61,899 bases of DNA, filler included, from 5 parts of 5 records of this genome joined end to end with filler, not necessarily neighbours in it, one strand, 5' to 3'. Positions 52,040-61,899 are shown, counted from the first letter of the whole stretch. The notes: a model not told the origin generated them from the letters alone. Program-made: numbers and translations.

Positions 52040-52930
52040 CGGCAGGGAGCACTCACACCGGTCACGGTCACTGACGAACGGCTGGCCTTACGCGAGTTAT
52101 GCGAGTGCCTCACCGCTCCTGCTACGTCCCCCGGCCGTCCGGTCGGGGCGGTCCGCTTGGGATCGGATGGTGGCCGGACGGGGGCCCCTCGGACGGGACC
52201 CGCGGCGCGGCCACGACCCGGGCACTGACGGCACGCCGGCTCCCCATGGCCGGCCGGGGGCGCCCCTCACTGCTGGGCCGGCGGGCCCGGGCCGAGCGGA
52301 GCCGGACGGGACGCCGGACCCCGGGCCGCGCCACGGGGGGCCGGCCGGGGCCGGGCCGCGGCCCGTGCCCGTGAGCGCGGTCCGCGGGCCCCGGCCCGGG
52401 CGCCCCGCCCGGGGCCGCCGCGCCGGCGCGGCCGCCGGCGCCACCGGCCAGCCGGGCCGGGGCCGGGCCCCTGACGGGGCCACTGACTCACGCACCCGGG
52501 CCGGCCCGGCCCGGTCCCGGGCGTCAGTCAGTCCGGGGGGCCTCACTGGCTCACTGGCAGTGAGCCCGGAGACCCGGCCCCGCGGCGGGCCCGGACCGAC
52601 ACCGAGGGCGGGGCCTCCGGGGCGTCAGTCCGGTCTGGCCCGCCCGGGCAACCCGCCCGCGCGGCCGGGGAGTCACTCAGTCGGGGCCAGGCCGGAACTA
52701 AGGGTGAGCGGGTTCCGTCGCTGGGTCCGGTCCACGGGTGCACCGGCCAACGCCGCTCCCCGCAACGCGGGCTTAGTTTGGCCTCACGGTCGACTGAATG
52801 GCCGCAGCCAGCTGATGACTCCCGTCGGTCGCGTTTAACTTCCGTTCAATGGGGTGTCTGTCTTTGCGGGCCTGGTGACTGACCAGCCCGGCCCCCGCCC
52901 GGACACGACGCGCAGTCAGTGAGGCCGATC
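52040..52930. promoter_or_regulatory. Large GC-rich island upstream of the thioesterase fusion gene
   Basis: GGCC/CCGG tracts with dense GTCAC/CACTG/TCAGT/TGAC words (gcgtcagtcagtcc, gagtcactcagtc, ggtgactgacc, cagtcagtgagg). Confidence 0.55.
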
Positions 52931-53448
52931 CACCGCCCGTTCCGACAATCAATGTCCAGCTTGGGCGCGGTCGTAGACTCCCTCACTCGCAGTGGTCCCA
53001 ATCCTCCCATAAAAGTCAGTGCGCGAAGTGCCATGGTCGTCGTGACTGTGTACGCATCACTTCCAACCACCATGATCTTCAGGATGCCATGATGCCCTCA
53101 CCAATAGATATGCCTAGATTCAATCTATTAAGGAGGAGAGGTACATACTCGTGACATTTCCATCAAGCCCACAAAAGAGAATATGTACATACATCAGACT
53201 AAACAGGGCCTTGCGAGGGTACACCCATGGCCGCCACGACCAACCGAGCAAGCCAAAAACAAAACCAGGTGGCCCCGCTGAGGCCCATCGAACTCGCCTA
53301 AGGATATGAAATATACCAACAGTGGAGACAATGCAAACACGAGTGACACGAGCGACAATATAATCGTTTTGGCGAACCACACAGTGGGATAAGAGACCGG
53401 GGCCCGGCGTGTCAGGGTTCCATTACTACGGCCACCGCGAGTCATGCA

Positions 53449-53940
53449 CTATGATTTCTTCTTTGCACGGCGGAGGTTCTCCTCCTTGATGCTTTGCCGG
53501 TTCACCAGCTTGAAAAGGCGCTTGGACTCCTCCTCCGTGAGGTCCTCGAAAGCTCTATTAGCACAATGAATAGTTAGCTGGAAGTACTCAACATGAAGGC
53601 GGAACTCTCACTTTGACTGGAGTTCTTCAACCGTCAAAGGCTCCTTTTCAAGCTCCCACAGCCAGTCCTTTGACACCTATCAGCGATAAACTCCTCAATA
53701 GAAAACTAACTTTCCACGTACTGGGTACTGATCATCAGGTTTGACCTCAAACTCCTTATCTTCGAACTGCTTATACCAGTTTGCGGGCGAAGTGTCCACG
53801 GCCTTGGTCCCTGTAGTAGCAATTAATAGGTATACTCAGGCTGTGAGTGTCTCAGGCAAACCTGGAGCCCCTTTCCCCTTTGCCTTTGGGGCCATCCTCT
53901 GCGAGAGTTCTAGGCAGCTGGCCAAAGAGCGACGGAGCAT
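53449..53940 (-). CDS. MRPL54: Mitochondrial ribosomal protein mL54, 4 exons
   Basis: Spliced product MLRRSLASCL...ANWYKQFEDKEFEVKPDDQYPDWLWELEKEPLTVEEL...KRLFKLVNRQSIKEENLRRAKKKS; KPDxxYPDWLW is the mL54 signature. Confidence 0.85.
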
Positions 53941-54029
53941 CTTGGCTTTGAGTACGGAAAGCGAAACAGATAGTTAGCTAATATTTCTATACCTCCGCCA
54001 CTCCTGTGGGGGTGCCAGGTGCTATTCCA

Positions 54030-54350
54030 CCCAGTTGGCGCACCGGTGCCCGGTGCACGGCCGTGACCGCCGGCGACACCCACCGGCCAAAGCCCGCGTG
54101 AGCCCGGCCCGGCCCGGGCGCCGCCGGCCCGGTGCCGGCCGACAGCGGCGGCCGCCGGGTGACCCGGCGGGCCCGGGCCCGGCGGCGGGGTGCGCCCGGG
54201 GCGCCCGGCCCGGTCCCGGTCAGGCGGCGCCGGCCCGCGCCCGCGACCCGTCCATGGGCAGGCCGACTCGACCACCACGCTGGCGGCCGCAACATGCCGC
54301 CGGCCCTGGCGGTGCGCCAAGTCAGTTCATTGGCCGGGACGCCCGGTCGC
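54030..54350. promoter_or_regulatory. GC-rich island upstream of mL54
   Basis: Near-pure G/C tracts with GTGAC words. Confidence 0.5.
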
Positions 54351-54441
54351 GACGAACACTGATAACCGTAAAATAAGGAGTCAAAATTATTGGTATTTCA
54401 AAGGAATAAAAATTACAAATCTTTCTGTTAGTCATCAAAAT

Positions 54442-54471
54442 GGGGGATTAGCTCAGATGGTAGAGCGCTCG
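54442..54471 (+). tRNA. 5' portion of tRNA-Ala (eukaryotic type), truncated by the contig end
   Basis: GGGGGATTAGCTCAGATGGTAGAGCGCTCG: acceptor stem with G3 and D-arm as in eukaryotic tRNA-Ala; the anticodon falls in the gap. Confidence 0.8.
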
Positions 54472-54571
54472 NNNNNNNNNNNNNNNNNNNNNNNNNNNNN
54501 NNNNNNNNNNNNNNNTTAATTAATTAANNNNNNNNNNNNNNNNNNNNNNNNNNNNNNNNNNNNNNNNNNNN
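54472..54571. other. Artificial contig spacer
   Basis: N44-TTAATTAATTAA-N44. Confidence 0.98.
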
Positions 54572-54981
54572 GATAGCCCTTTTGAGGTTTGGTTGAAAAC
54601 GAATTTCGTATAACAACGAAAGTGTTACAAGAATAGCGCTGTTGTAAAAAATTCATATTTCTGGGTTTTATGTCTTTTTATTTTACAAAATTTTTAAATT
54701 ACTGTCATAAAACTGTCATTTATTGCTTTTTATTGGTTTGTTCTTGTTGTTCCTGCAACCAAGAGTCCGCTTTTGCGGCCCCTGAAGATACTGCATCCGA
54801 ACGTACGATTTTGAAGATGACGGAGTAATTGCGGTGCTATGTCGCTGCCCTGGTGGTGCCGACGAGAAGAGGAAGCGGTTGATTTCGCGCATTGCCATGG
54901 CAGATGATAAGACTATCGTTCAATATGGGTGTCTGCACCCGTTTACGTGCCGTGCGTGTTTTCCAAAGCGAGATAACAACA

Positions 54982-56307
54982 TTGACTGAGCTGACCTCTG
55001 ATCAGGCCGGTATTCCGGATGATGAAAACCACTTTGCCGAGCGTCTTGTTGCGCGGCAAAGAGCGCTGGAAAAGAAAGCCCTGACCGCACTTGATGCAGG
55101 TCGCATATTGATGGAGACCGGTGCCAAATCGGCTGTTGTACGCGACGGTATCGAGCGCGTTGCAAAGGGGCTTGGCGCAAAAACCGTCGATATAAGGGTC
55201 GGTTTTGCATCGATATCTGTGACGTTGGGAGATGGTGTCGTCACAAGCACTCACATGTCCGGTGTCGGGCATCATGGCGTGAATATGCGTGTGAATCACA
55301 AGGTGCGGGAGATCTGCGCCAGGGCCGGCAAGGCCCTGCTGTCGCTGGATGACATTCGCGCTCAGCTTTCCGATGCACAGCATGCCACGAAGAAACACCA
55401 TCGTATGCTGAATGTCTTTGCGGCAGGCCTTGCCTGTGCGGCGTTCGGGCGATTGCTGGGGGCCGATGCTCCGGCTTTTGTGACCACGCTTATAGCCAGT
55501 ATGGCTGGGCAATACATCCGTCTGCGGCTGCTGGAACTGCATTACAATCCCTTCGTGGTGACGGCTTTTGTCGCGTTCGCCGCCGCCATTCTTTCGGGAG
55601 TCGGCGCGATGGCTGTTGGCAGCAGCATGATTGATACGTCAATGAGTGCTGCGGTTCTGATGCTTGTTCCTGGAGTGCCGTCCATGAATGCGCAAACAGA
55701 TATCATGGAAGGATTTCCAACGCTTGGCAGTGCCCGTTTTGTCACTGTTGCCATGATTCTTGTCTTCATCACGGTCGGTGTCGGCGGAGCCCATATCGCT
55801 CTTGGTGGCGGGCTTCAGGATGCGGTGAAGTCTGTACCCAACATCTATCACCATGCCTTTTTCGGGGCCGTAGCTGCTGCTGGTTTTGGTGTGCTTTTTA
55901 ACTTTGGCTATCGCAATCTCGGCTGGGCCGCTCTTGCCGGTGCTTTGGCACTTGCCGTTCGAACCTTTTGTATGTTGCACGGCTGGCCACTGGAGGCAGC
56001 GTCCTTTGCCGCTGCTGTGGCCGTCGCTCTGGCTGTCGAGCTTTCCTACAATACGCCGTTTCCGGTTCGCCGTGTTGGAAATGCCATTGCGGTGGCGGGT
56101 TGTATTCCCATGGTCCCGGGCAGCGCCGCTGCACACTGGATTATCGGCCTTTTGGAAATCACCGTGCAGCCGCTTGATAAGTCTGATCAAATGCTGGCTG
56201 CGACCACCAGTGCTGGTTTGCAAGTGATTTTCACCGTCGGGGCTATAGGTGCCGGGCTGACGGCCGTTTCTTCACTGTTCCGGCGGCCGGAATTCCCGGA
56301 AGTGTGA
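54982..56307 (+). CDS. ThrE-family exporter (full-length YjjP+YjjB-like two-domain form); start uncertain
   Basis: AGRILMETGA, GVNMRV, GLACAAFGRLLG, LMLVPGVP, GFGVLFN, IPMVPGS; about 10 TM. Confidence 0.85.
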   Translation: MTELTSDQAGIPDDENHFAERLVARQRALEKKALTALDAGRILMETGAKSAVVRDGIERVAKGLGAKTVDIRVGFASISVTLGDGVVTSTHMSGVGHHGVNMRVNHKVREICARAGKALLSLDDIRAQLSDAQHATKKHHRMLNVFAAGLACAAFGRLLGADAPAFVTTLIASMAGQYIRLRLLELHYNPFVVTAFVAFAAAILSGVGAMAVGSSMIDTSMSAAVLMLVPGVPSMNAQTDIMEGFPTLGSARFVTVAMILVFITVGVGGAHIALGGGLQDAVKSVPNIYHHAFFGAVAAAGFGVLFNFGYRNLGWAALAGALALAVRTFCMLHGWPLEAASFAAAVAVALAVELSYNTPFPVRRVGNAIAVAGCIPMVPGSAAAHWIIGLLEITVQPLDKSDQMLAATTSAGLQVIFTVGAIGAGLTAVSSLFRRPEFPEV

Positions 56308-56322
56308 TTGTGACAACATGAA

Positions 56323-56349
56323 CGGGCGCTGTTCTCAAGCAGGCGCCCG
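56323..56349. terminator. Possible hairpin between the convergent ThrE and poxB genes
   Basis: CGGGCGC...GCGCCCG inverted repeat. Confidence 0.4.
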
Positions 56350-56377
56350 CTCTGTTTATCGTGTGAATGCCAGGCAA

Positions 56378-58099
56378 TCAGCGTAAATTGGTGCGTGTCA
56401 GCTCCAACAGTTCATCGCCGCGACCGTTCAGAATCGCACGCATCATATAAAGGCTGAAGCCCTTGGCCTGCTCCATGGTTATCTGAGGCGGCATAACCAG
56501 TTCCTGCTTGGCGGTCATGACATCTATGAGAACGGGGCCGGGGGTCTTAAAAGCCTCATCCAAAGCGCCCGGCAATGCCTTGGCATCTTCGACATGGATA
56601 CCTTTCATCCCGGCAGCCTCTGCAATCTTGGCAAAATCGGGGCTGCTGAGATCGGTCGAGTCCGAGATATAGCCGCCCGCCTTCATTTCCATGGCGACAA
56701 AGCCCAGCGATCGGTTGTGGAAAACAACGATCTTCAGCGGCAGGTCCATCTGAGTCACGGAGAGGATTTCACCCATCATCATCGAAAGGCCACCATCACC
56801 GCACATGGCCACCACCTGACGGTTCTTGTCGAGCGCCTGTACGCCGATCGCCTGAGACAGGGCATTGGCCATGGAACCGTGCGCGAATGAACCGATCAGA
56901 CGGCGTTTGCCATTCATTTTCAGATAGCGCGCCGCCCAGACTGTCGGCGTTCCGACATCGCAGGTGAAGACGGCATCATCGCTGGCTTTTTCGCTTAACA
57001 ATCTGGCGACATATTGCGGATGGATCTGTCCTGTCTTGCTCTTGTCTGTGGCCAGTGCGTCGAGGCCTTCTCGCGCCTTGGTAAAACTCTTGACCGAGTC
57101 ATTGAGGAAGCGGCTGTCTTTCCCGGATTTAAGTTTTGGCAACAGAGCTTTTACGGTGGTTTCCACATCGCCGAGTATGCCAAGATCAATCTGCGTATGT
57201 GCTCCGAGGGCTTCAGGGCGCATATCGATTTGTGCGATTTTTGCGTCGTCGGGATAGAACGCCCGGTAAGGAAACCCGGAACCGAGAATCAGGAGCGTTT
57301 CAGCATTTTCCATGGCATGATAGCCGGACGAAAAGCCGATCAGGCCGGTCATGCCGACATCGAACTTGTTGTCGTAGTCCAGAAATTCCTTGCCGCGCAG
57401 TGCGTGGACAATCGGAGATTGAAGCGCTTCTGCCAGCGCCAGAACTTCGTCGCGGGCGTTTGCACATCCCGCACCGCACAAAAGCGTGGTCTTGCTGCTG
57501 GCGTTCAGAATTTCCGCCAATGCATCGATTTCACTTTCCGGCGGCATCAAAGCGGGTTGCTTTGGCGTGTTCCAGCGAATGTCGGTGCCTTCCGGCATGT
57601 CTTTCAAAGCAACATCACCGGGAAGCACGATCACCGCTACACCCTTTTTCGCAATGGCCGTGCGCATGGCGACTTCCAGGACATAGGGCATCTGGTCCGG
57701 CGTAGAGATCAGTTCACAATAGACGCTGCATTCGCGAAACAGTTCCTGCGGATGGGTTTCCTGAAAATAACCGGAACCGATTTCTGAGGAGGGAATATGG
57801 GCGGCAATTGCCAGAACCGGTGTGTGGTTGCGATTGCAGTCGTAAAGGCCGTTGATCAGATGTAGATTGCCGGGGCCGCAGGAGCCTGCGCAAACAGCCA
57901 GTTCGCCGGTCATATGAGCCTCTGCACCAGCTGCAAACGCGGCCGCTTCTTCATGGCGTGTGCCCATCCACTCCAATGTCTTTAAGCGCCCGATACTATC
58001 GCTCAATCCGTTGAGGGAGTCGCCCGTGACGCCCCAAATTCGCTTGATCCCGGCTTCTCCGAGGTGGCGAGCGATGTAATGTGCAATGCTTTCGGCCAT
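56378..58099 (-). CDS. poxB: Pyruvate:quinone oxidoreductase (pyruvate oxidase)
   Basis: [64 protein letters not shown]-terminal lipid-binding tail. Confidence 0.95.
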   Translation of the reverse strand: MAESIAHYIARHLGEAGIKRIWGVTGDSLNGLSDSIGRLKTLEWMGTRHEEAAAFAAGAEAHMTGELAVCAGSCGPGNLHLINGLYDCNRNHTPVLAIAAHIPSSEIGSGYFQETHPQELFRECSVYCELISTPDQMPYVLEVAMRTAIAKKGVAVIVLPGDVALKDMPEGTDIRWNTPKQPALMPPESEIDALAEILNASSKTTLLCGAGCANARDEVLALAEALQSPIVHALRGKEFLDYDNKFDVGMTGLIGFSSGYHAMENAETLLILGSGFPYRAFYPDDAKIAQIDMRPEALGAHTQIDLGILGDVETTVKALLPKLKSGKDSRFLNDSVKSFTKAREGLDALATDKSKTGQIHPQYVARLLSEKASDDAVFTCDVGTPTVWAARYLKMNGKRRLIGSFAHGSMANALSQAIGVQALDKNRQVVAMCGDGGLSMMMGEILSVTQMDLPLKIVVFHNRSLGFVAMEMKAGGYISDSTDLSSPDFAKIAEAAGMKGIHVEDAKALPGALDEAFKTPGPVLIDVMTAKQELVMPPQITMEQAKGFSLYMMRAILNGRGDELLELTRTNLR

Positions 58100-58378
58100 G
58101 TCTTCGCCTCTTCAGTTGGTGGCAAATTTATACATCTGATGGTTCACGTTGAGTTCGCTCCGACGATCGTGGTTTTGGGCCCAGACGACGTCAGCAGACG
58201 GCATCGTCCGATCCAATCCACCGCGCCGCCGAAAAACAATCTTGCCTCAGTTACAAGACGGTAGAACAGGTATGGATTTATAACTTGAAGTCGTTGACTT
58301 ACGAATGAGCTTAGCAATGAACAGAGCGAAGTTGAAGCGGGATAACGGATTTGATCGCGCCCAGCTGTCTCCGGTGCG

Positions 58379-61075
58379 TCAGGATGGTTGATCTGGCGTG
58401 TCGTTGAAGAGTGCAAGCCACGGTTTCTCCGTTGCGAATTGCGCAAGCTGGTCACCGGTCATCGGTCTGGCAAAAAGATATCCCTGGAATACATCGCAGC
58501 CCAGTTTCTCCAGAATTTCAGCCTGTTCGATGGTTTCCACGCCTTCGGCGATAATTTCGATACCCAGAGAGCGGCCGATTTCCACAATCGATGCAATCAG
58601 ACGACGCTGACGGATATCTGTCGTGACTGGCCGGACGAGTTGACGGTCGATTTTAAGACGTTTGGGTGAAAGCGCCAGAAGACTGATGATTGATGCATAG
58701 CCAGTGCCGAAATCGTCGATCTCAATATCAATCCCCATTGCCCGGATGCGGCTGGCGATTTTCTCAATCTCTGTGTCCGGTTCGTCAAACGAGATAGATT
58801 CGACGAACTCGAAACTCAGTACACCGGGATCGAACTCATGTTCCTTGATCGCATTCATCAGCGTTTCGTCCGAAAGCCTCTGCGCCGAAAGGTTGACTGC
58901 AACGCGTGGCACGATCACGTTGCTGTCCCGCCAGATGTGGTGCTGGCTTGATGCGTGTCTCAAAACGGCGGCATCAATGCGCGCAATGGCTCCTATTGCC
59001 TCTGCTGTTCTGATGAAAGCCGCCGGGGACAACATGCCCCGCTCAGGGTGGTTCCAGCGCACAAGAGCTTCGACGCCTGCGAGCTGGTGACTGCGCGCAG
59101 TGATCTGGGGCTGGTAATAAGCGAAGAACTCATTGTTTTCGAGTCCTGCCAGAATTTCGTCGGCAAGCTTTTTGGTGTTGACTGCTATCGTTTTGAGCGT
59201 CGCATTGAACAGAACAAAACGGCCCCGTCCCATTTTTTTCGCTTCTGAAACTGCGATGCTGGCGTTGACGAGTGTATCTCGCATTGCCGTTGCGGCCGGG
59301 TCAACAGACCATGCAATACCGACACTGGCGGAGACACGGGATTGGTGCGCGCCAAAGCGAAATGATTTACTCAGCATCGAAATGATTTCGTTTGCTCGCT
59401 GTATAATCTCTTCATCATTGTTATGCCAGTGCGTCACAATCAGGAATTCATCGCCACCGACACGGGCGATGAATTCCCCGGGAAGAGCCAGGCTGGTCAG
59501 CATTCGGGCGACATGACGCAGTAGTGCATCGCCGCCCGCATGGCCCAGAGTGTCGTTGATCTCTTTAAAACGATCAAGGTCGATGTGAAGCACCGCATAC
59601 GGCGGTTCAAGTGCTGTCTGTTCTGCTCCGGTGACGAAAGAATCTTCGAGATATTTGCGATTTGGAAGGCCTGTTAGCGTGTCGTGAAGTGCTGTGTATC
59701 TCAGCCTGCGGTGTGCAGCTTCCAGTTCTTCATTGCGCTCCCTGGCCTTTACATTGATGTGCCGCAGTTCTTCCTGCAGACGCATATCCTCCGTGACATC
59801 AGCATTCACACCGATCAGTAGCTGGTTCTGGCTTGCGTCGAAATAACTGCTGCCGAGTACGCGAATATAACGGATGGAACCATCATTTCGCACAATTCGG
59901 AAGGTAGACTGAAAGTCTTTCCGGTCTGCAATCGAACGTGAGATGTTTTCAAGCTCGCGGGGGCGATCGTCGGGATGCAGGCGGTTTGCCCATTCTTCAA
60001 TGGCAGGAAAATCCTTCCCTTCGGGAACCTCATAAAGTGCGCGCATCCGCTCGTCCCAGACGGCCTCTCCTGTCTGGACATTGAACTCCCAGACCCCGAT
60101 TTTGGATGCATCAAGTGCCAGTCGCATCCGCTCTGAGAGATTTTGCAACTTGCGCTCGCGGTCCCTGATCAGGTCAAGATTTTTGCTGCGTTCACGCATC
60201 AGGATGACAACGCCCCAAAGGGCAGCAATAATGATCAAGCCGACGCCATCGATAATGGCGTGACGTTCCAGAACACGTACTTTCGGCTCATGCCATCCTT
60301 CTGCAGGAATGGCTGCGATAATCCACTCTGTTTCCGCAAAGTCGATGGTTTGCTTGACAGGGCTGTCAACAAATGCGTCCGGAGAGCCGTACACAAGCTG
60401 TCCTCGGCTGCCGTCGGGGTTTTTAACTGCAACCCCTATATCAAGGCCGCTCGTTCCTGAAAGCCAGCGGCTTTTCAAGAAAAGGTCGTCAAGACTGATG
60501 ATTGCTGACAAGATCCCCCATGCCGGTGCATTTTCTGCTTCCGAGGCATAGAGTGGAACGAAGATCAGCAAAGCCGTTCCCCCCTGAACAAGATCGATAG
60601 GGCCATCGACCATCGCCGCCCGAAAATCAAATGCCTTATGAATCACGCTGAGCTGGTTTGGGCGTTCATGATAATCGAAGCCGAGAGCACTACGATTTTC
60701 CGTATGTGGATAGACGTTCTCGATCTTCATGTCGCGCGCAAGTGCGAGACTTGAGACAGATTCCGTATTTCTCAGAAGGGCGGCCGCCCTTGCGTCGAAA
60801 TTCTCGGGTGTGAGGTCAGGCTCGGTAGAAATGGCTGCGCCGAGGCCCTCAACAAGGCTGACAAGACTCGAAACTTCTCCTGTCAGACGCGTCGCCTTCA
60901 AGGAGAGTTTTTCTGCCGTTTGCAGCCGCATATTTGCCAGATAGTGTGTCCGAACCTGATGATTTGCCGCATAGACAGAGCCCAGAACAAGGACCGTGAC
61001 CAAAAGTGCAAGAACGTCACCGAGTGTGATGTACCGCTTGTTATGGTCGGGCCGTTCTTTTTTCAGGCTTACCAT
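58379..61075 (-). CDS. Membrane CHASE-PAS-GGDEF-EAL c-di-GMP enzyme
   Basis: Two TM helices flank CHASE (GPIDLVQGG); PAS (LHPDD); HDTLTGLPNR, GGDEF; EALVRW, DDFGTGY, AEGVE, QGYLFARP. Confidence 0.92.
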   Translation of the reverse strand: MVSLKKERPDHNKRYITLGDVLALLVTVLVLGSVYAANHQVRTHYLANMRLQTAEKLSLKATRLTGEVSSLVSLVEGLGAAISTEPDLTPENFDARAAALLRNTESVSSLALARDMKIENVYPHTENRSALGFDYHERPNQLSVIHKAFDFRAAMVDGPIDLVQGGTALLIFVPLYASEAENAPAWGILSAIISLDDLFLKSRWLSGTSGLDIGVAVKNPDGSRGQLVYGSPDAFVDSPVKQTIDFAETEWIIAAIPAEGWHEPKVRVLERHAIIDGVGLIIIAALWGVVILMRERSKNLDLIRDRERKLQNLSERMRLALDASKIGVWEFNVQTGEAVWDERMRALYEVPEGKDFPAIEEWANRLHPDDRPRELENISRSIADRKDFQSTFRIVRNDGSIRYIRVLGSSYFDASQNQLLIGVNADVTEDMRLQEELRHINVKARERNEELEAAHRRLRYTALHDTLTGLPNRKYLEDSFVTGAEQTALEPPYAVLHIDLDRFKEINDTLGHAGGDALLRHVARMLTSLALPGEFIARVGGDEFLIVTHWHNNDEEIIQRANEIISMLSKSFRFGAHQSRVSASVGIAWSVDPAATAMRDTLVNASIAVSEAKKMGRGRFVLFNATLKTIAVNTKKLADEILAGLENNEFFAYYQPQITARSHQLAGVEALVRWNHPERGMLSPAAFIRTAEAIGAIARIDAAVLRHASSQHHIWRDSNVIVPRVAVNLSAQRLSDETLMNAIKEHEFDPGVLSFEFVESISFDEPDTEIEKIASRIRAMGIDIEIDDFGTGYASIISLLALSPKRLKIDRQLVRPVTTDIRQRRLIASIVEIGRSLGIEIIAEGVETIEQAEILEKLGCDVFQGYLFARPMTGDQLAQFATEKPWLALFNDTPDQPS

Positions 61076-61378
61076 CCCACCCCTTTTTCGGATTTTTCAA
61101 AATACAGATTTTTCATCCATATCGAAAAATATCCCGAATTCAATAAAAAATGTATAGATTTTCAGATGTGCTTGTATTTGCAGTCTTTATGAATTTTAAC
61201 TGAATAAAATATGATATAAATTTATTTATTATTGTTAAAAAAATCTTTTTTTTGAGTTTTTGGCTCTATTTTAAGTTATTTTGGTGGTAAAGATAATCGC
61301 GATCTTGTCATGTTGCGTCGTTTTTATCCCTCCTTTAAAGGAGTGTGGGCGCTTGCTCTTGCTGTATCCCCTCAATGT

Positions 61379-61409
61379 TCAAGCCGCACATCATTGATGC
61401 ACGGCTTGA
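61379..61409. terminator. Hairpin downstream of preA
   Basis: TCAAGCCG-CACATCATTGATGCA-CGGCTTGA inverted repeat. Confidence 0.5.
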
Positions 61410-61448
61410 TCGATCAATGCTGATAAATTTGGTCCGACTGTTATTCTG

Positions 61449-61899
61449 CTACTCGGCGGCTTTTATTGCCATCGGATTATTGGGATGCGTTGTCCAATTG
61501 GCATAGTCGGCCGAAACCGTCTTGCCTGTGCGCTGGTCTGTCTCACCGGGCGTCAGTGATACCATGTCGATACAGTTTTCCACCGGACAGACGTTGACGC
61601 AGAGATTGCAGCCCACACAATCTTCCTCTTTCACTTCGAAGCGTCTTTCACCATCAACAATCGAGGTGATCGCCTGGTGCGAGGTGTCTTCGCAGGCGAT
61701 GTGGCAGCGCCCGCATTTAATGCAGGCGTCCTGATCAATTCGCGCCTTGGATATCTGGTTGAGGTTCAGATACTGCCAGTCGGTTACATTTGGAACCGCT
61801 CGACCTGTGATCTCGTCAATCGAGCTATAGCCTTTCACATCCATCCAGGCAGAAAGACCGGACGTCATTTCCTTGACGATCTTGAAGCCATAGGTCATC
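61449..61899 (-). CDS. preA: NAD-dependent dihydropyrimidine dehydrogenase subunit PreA, C-terminal part
   Basis: MTYGFKIV, DWQYLNLN, CIKCGRCHIACEDTSHQAI, CVGCNLCVNVCPV, NWTTHPNNP. Confidence 0.92.
   Translation of the reverse strand, partial: MTYGFKIVKEMTSGLSAWMDVKGYSSIDEITGRAVPNVTDWQYLNLNQISKARIDQDACIKCGRCHIACEDTSHQAITSIVDGERRFEVKEEDCVGCNLCVNVCPVENCIDMVSLTPGETDQRTGKTVSADYANWTTHPNNPMAIKAAE

Noticed and set aside
1-61899. CRISPR arrays, transposases, integrases, phage or defence genes
   Set aside because: I saw no regularly spaced direct repeats and no recognisable motifs of these families on either strand.

Overview
This window is not one locus. It is five contigs joined by artificial 100-nt spacers (N44-TTAATTAATTAA-N44) at 18553-18652, 41054-41153, 49046-49145 and 54472-54571. 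Contigs 1 (1-18552) and 4 (49146-54471) come from a compact-genome unicellular eukaryote, probably the same one. They share short GT-AG introns of about 45-72 nt, mid-GC exons and extremely GC-rich, TGAC/CAGT-rich islands upstream of genes. After manual splicing they encode INTS1, MEMO1, a nucleus-encoded C-terminal fragment of cytochrome c oxidase subunit 1 (Cox1-c), a GlpF-type aquaglyceroporin, a tandem saposin-like ER protein ending DDEL, a CoA-type Nudix hydrolase ending ARL, a zinc/HIT-like + hotdog thioesterase fusion ending AKL, and mitoribosomal mL54, plus fragments of 5S rRNA and tRNA-Ala. Contig 2 (18653-41053) is alphaproteobacterial: ThiXY-like transporter, prpB, a ten-gene MrpA-less Mrp antiporter operon, form II coxG-SLM, BKACE + shikimate dehydrogenase, an EF-hand/ECF-sigma/anti-sigma/Spy-CpxP-like module and a TPP enzyme. 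Contig 3 (41154-49045) is a GC-rich alphaproteobacterial catabolic cluster with a GntR/UTRA regulator and three AATGT-N4-ACAWW operator palindromes. Contig 5 (54572-61899) is alphaproteobacterial: ThrE, poxB, CHASE-PAS-GGDEF-EAL and preA. The best leads are the protist GC-island promoter architecture, the split Cox1-c gene, the convergent PTS1-tagged CoA-enzyme pair with an unusual fusion, and the operator-defined orphan catabolic regulon. All calls come from reading motifs by eye; no database search was run.
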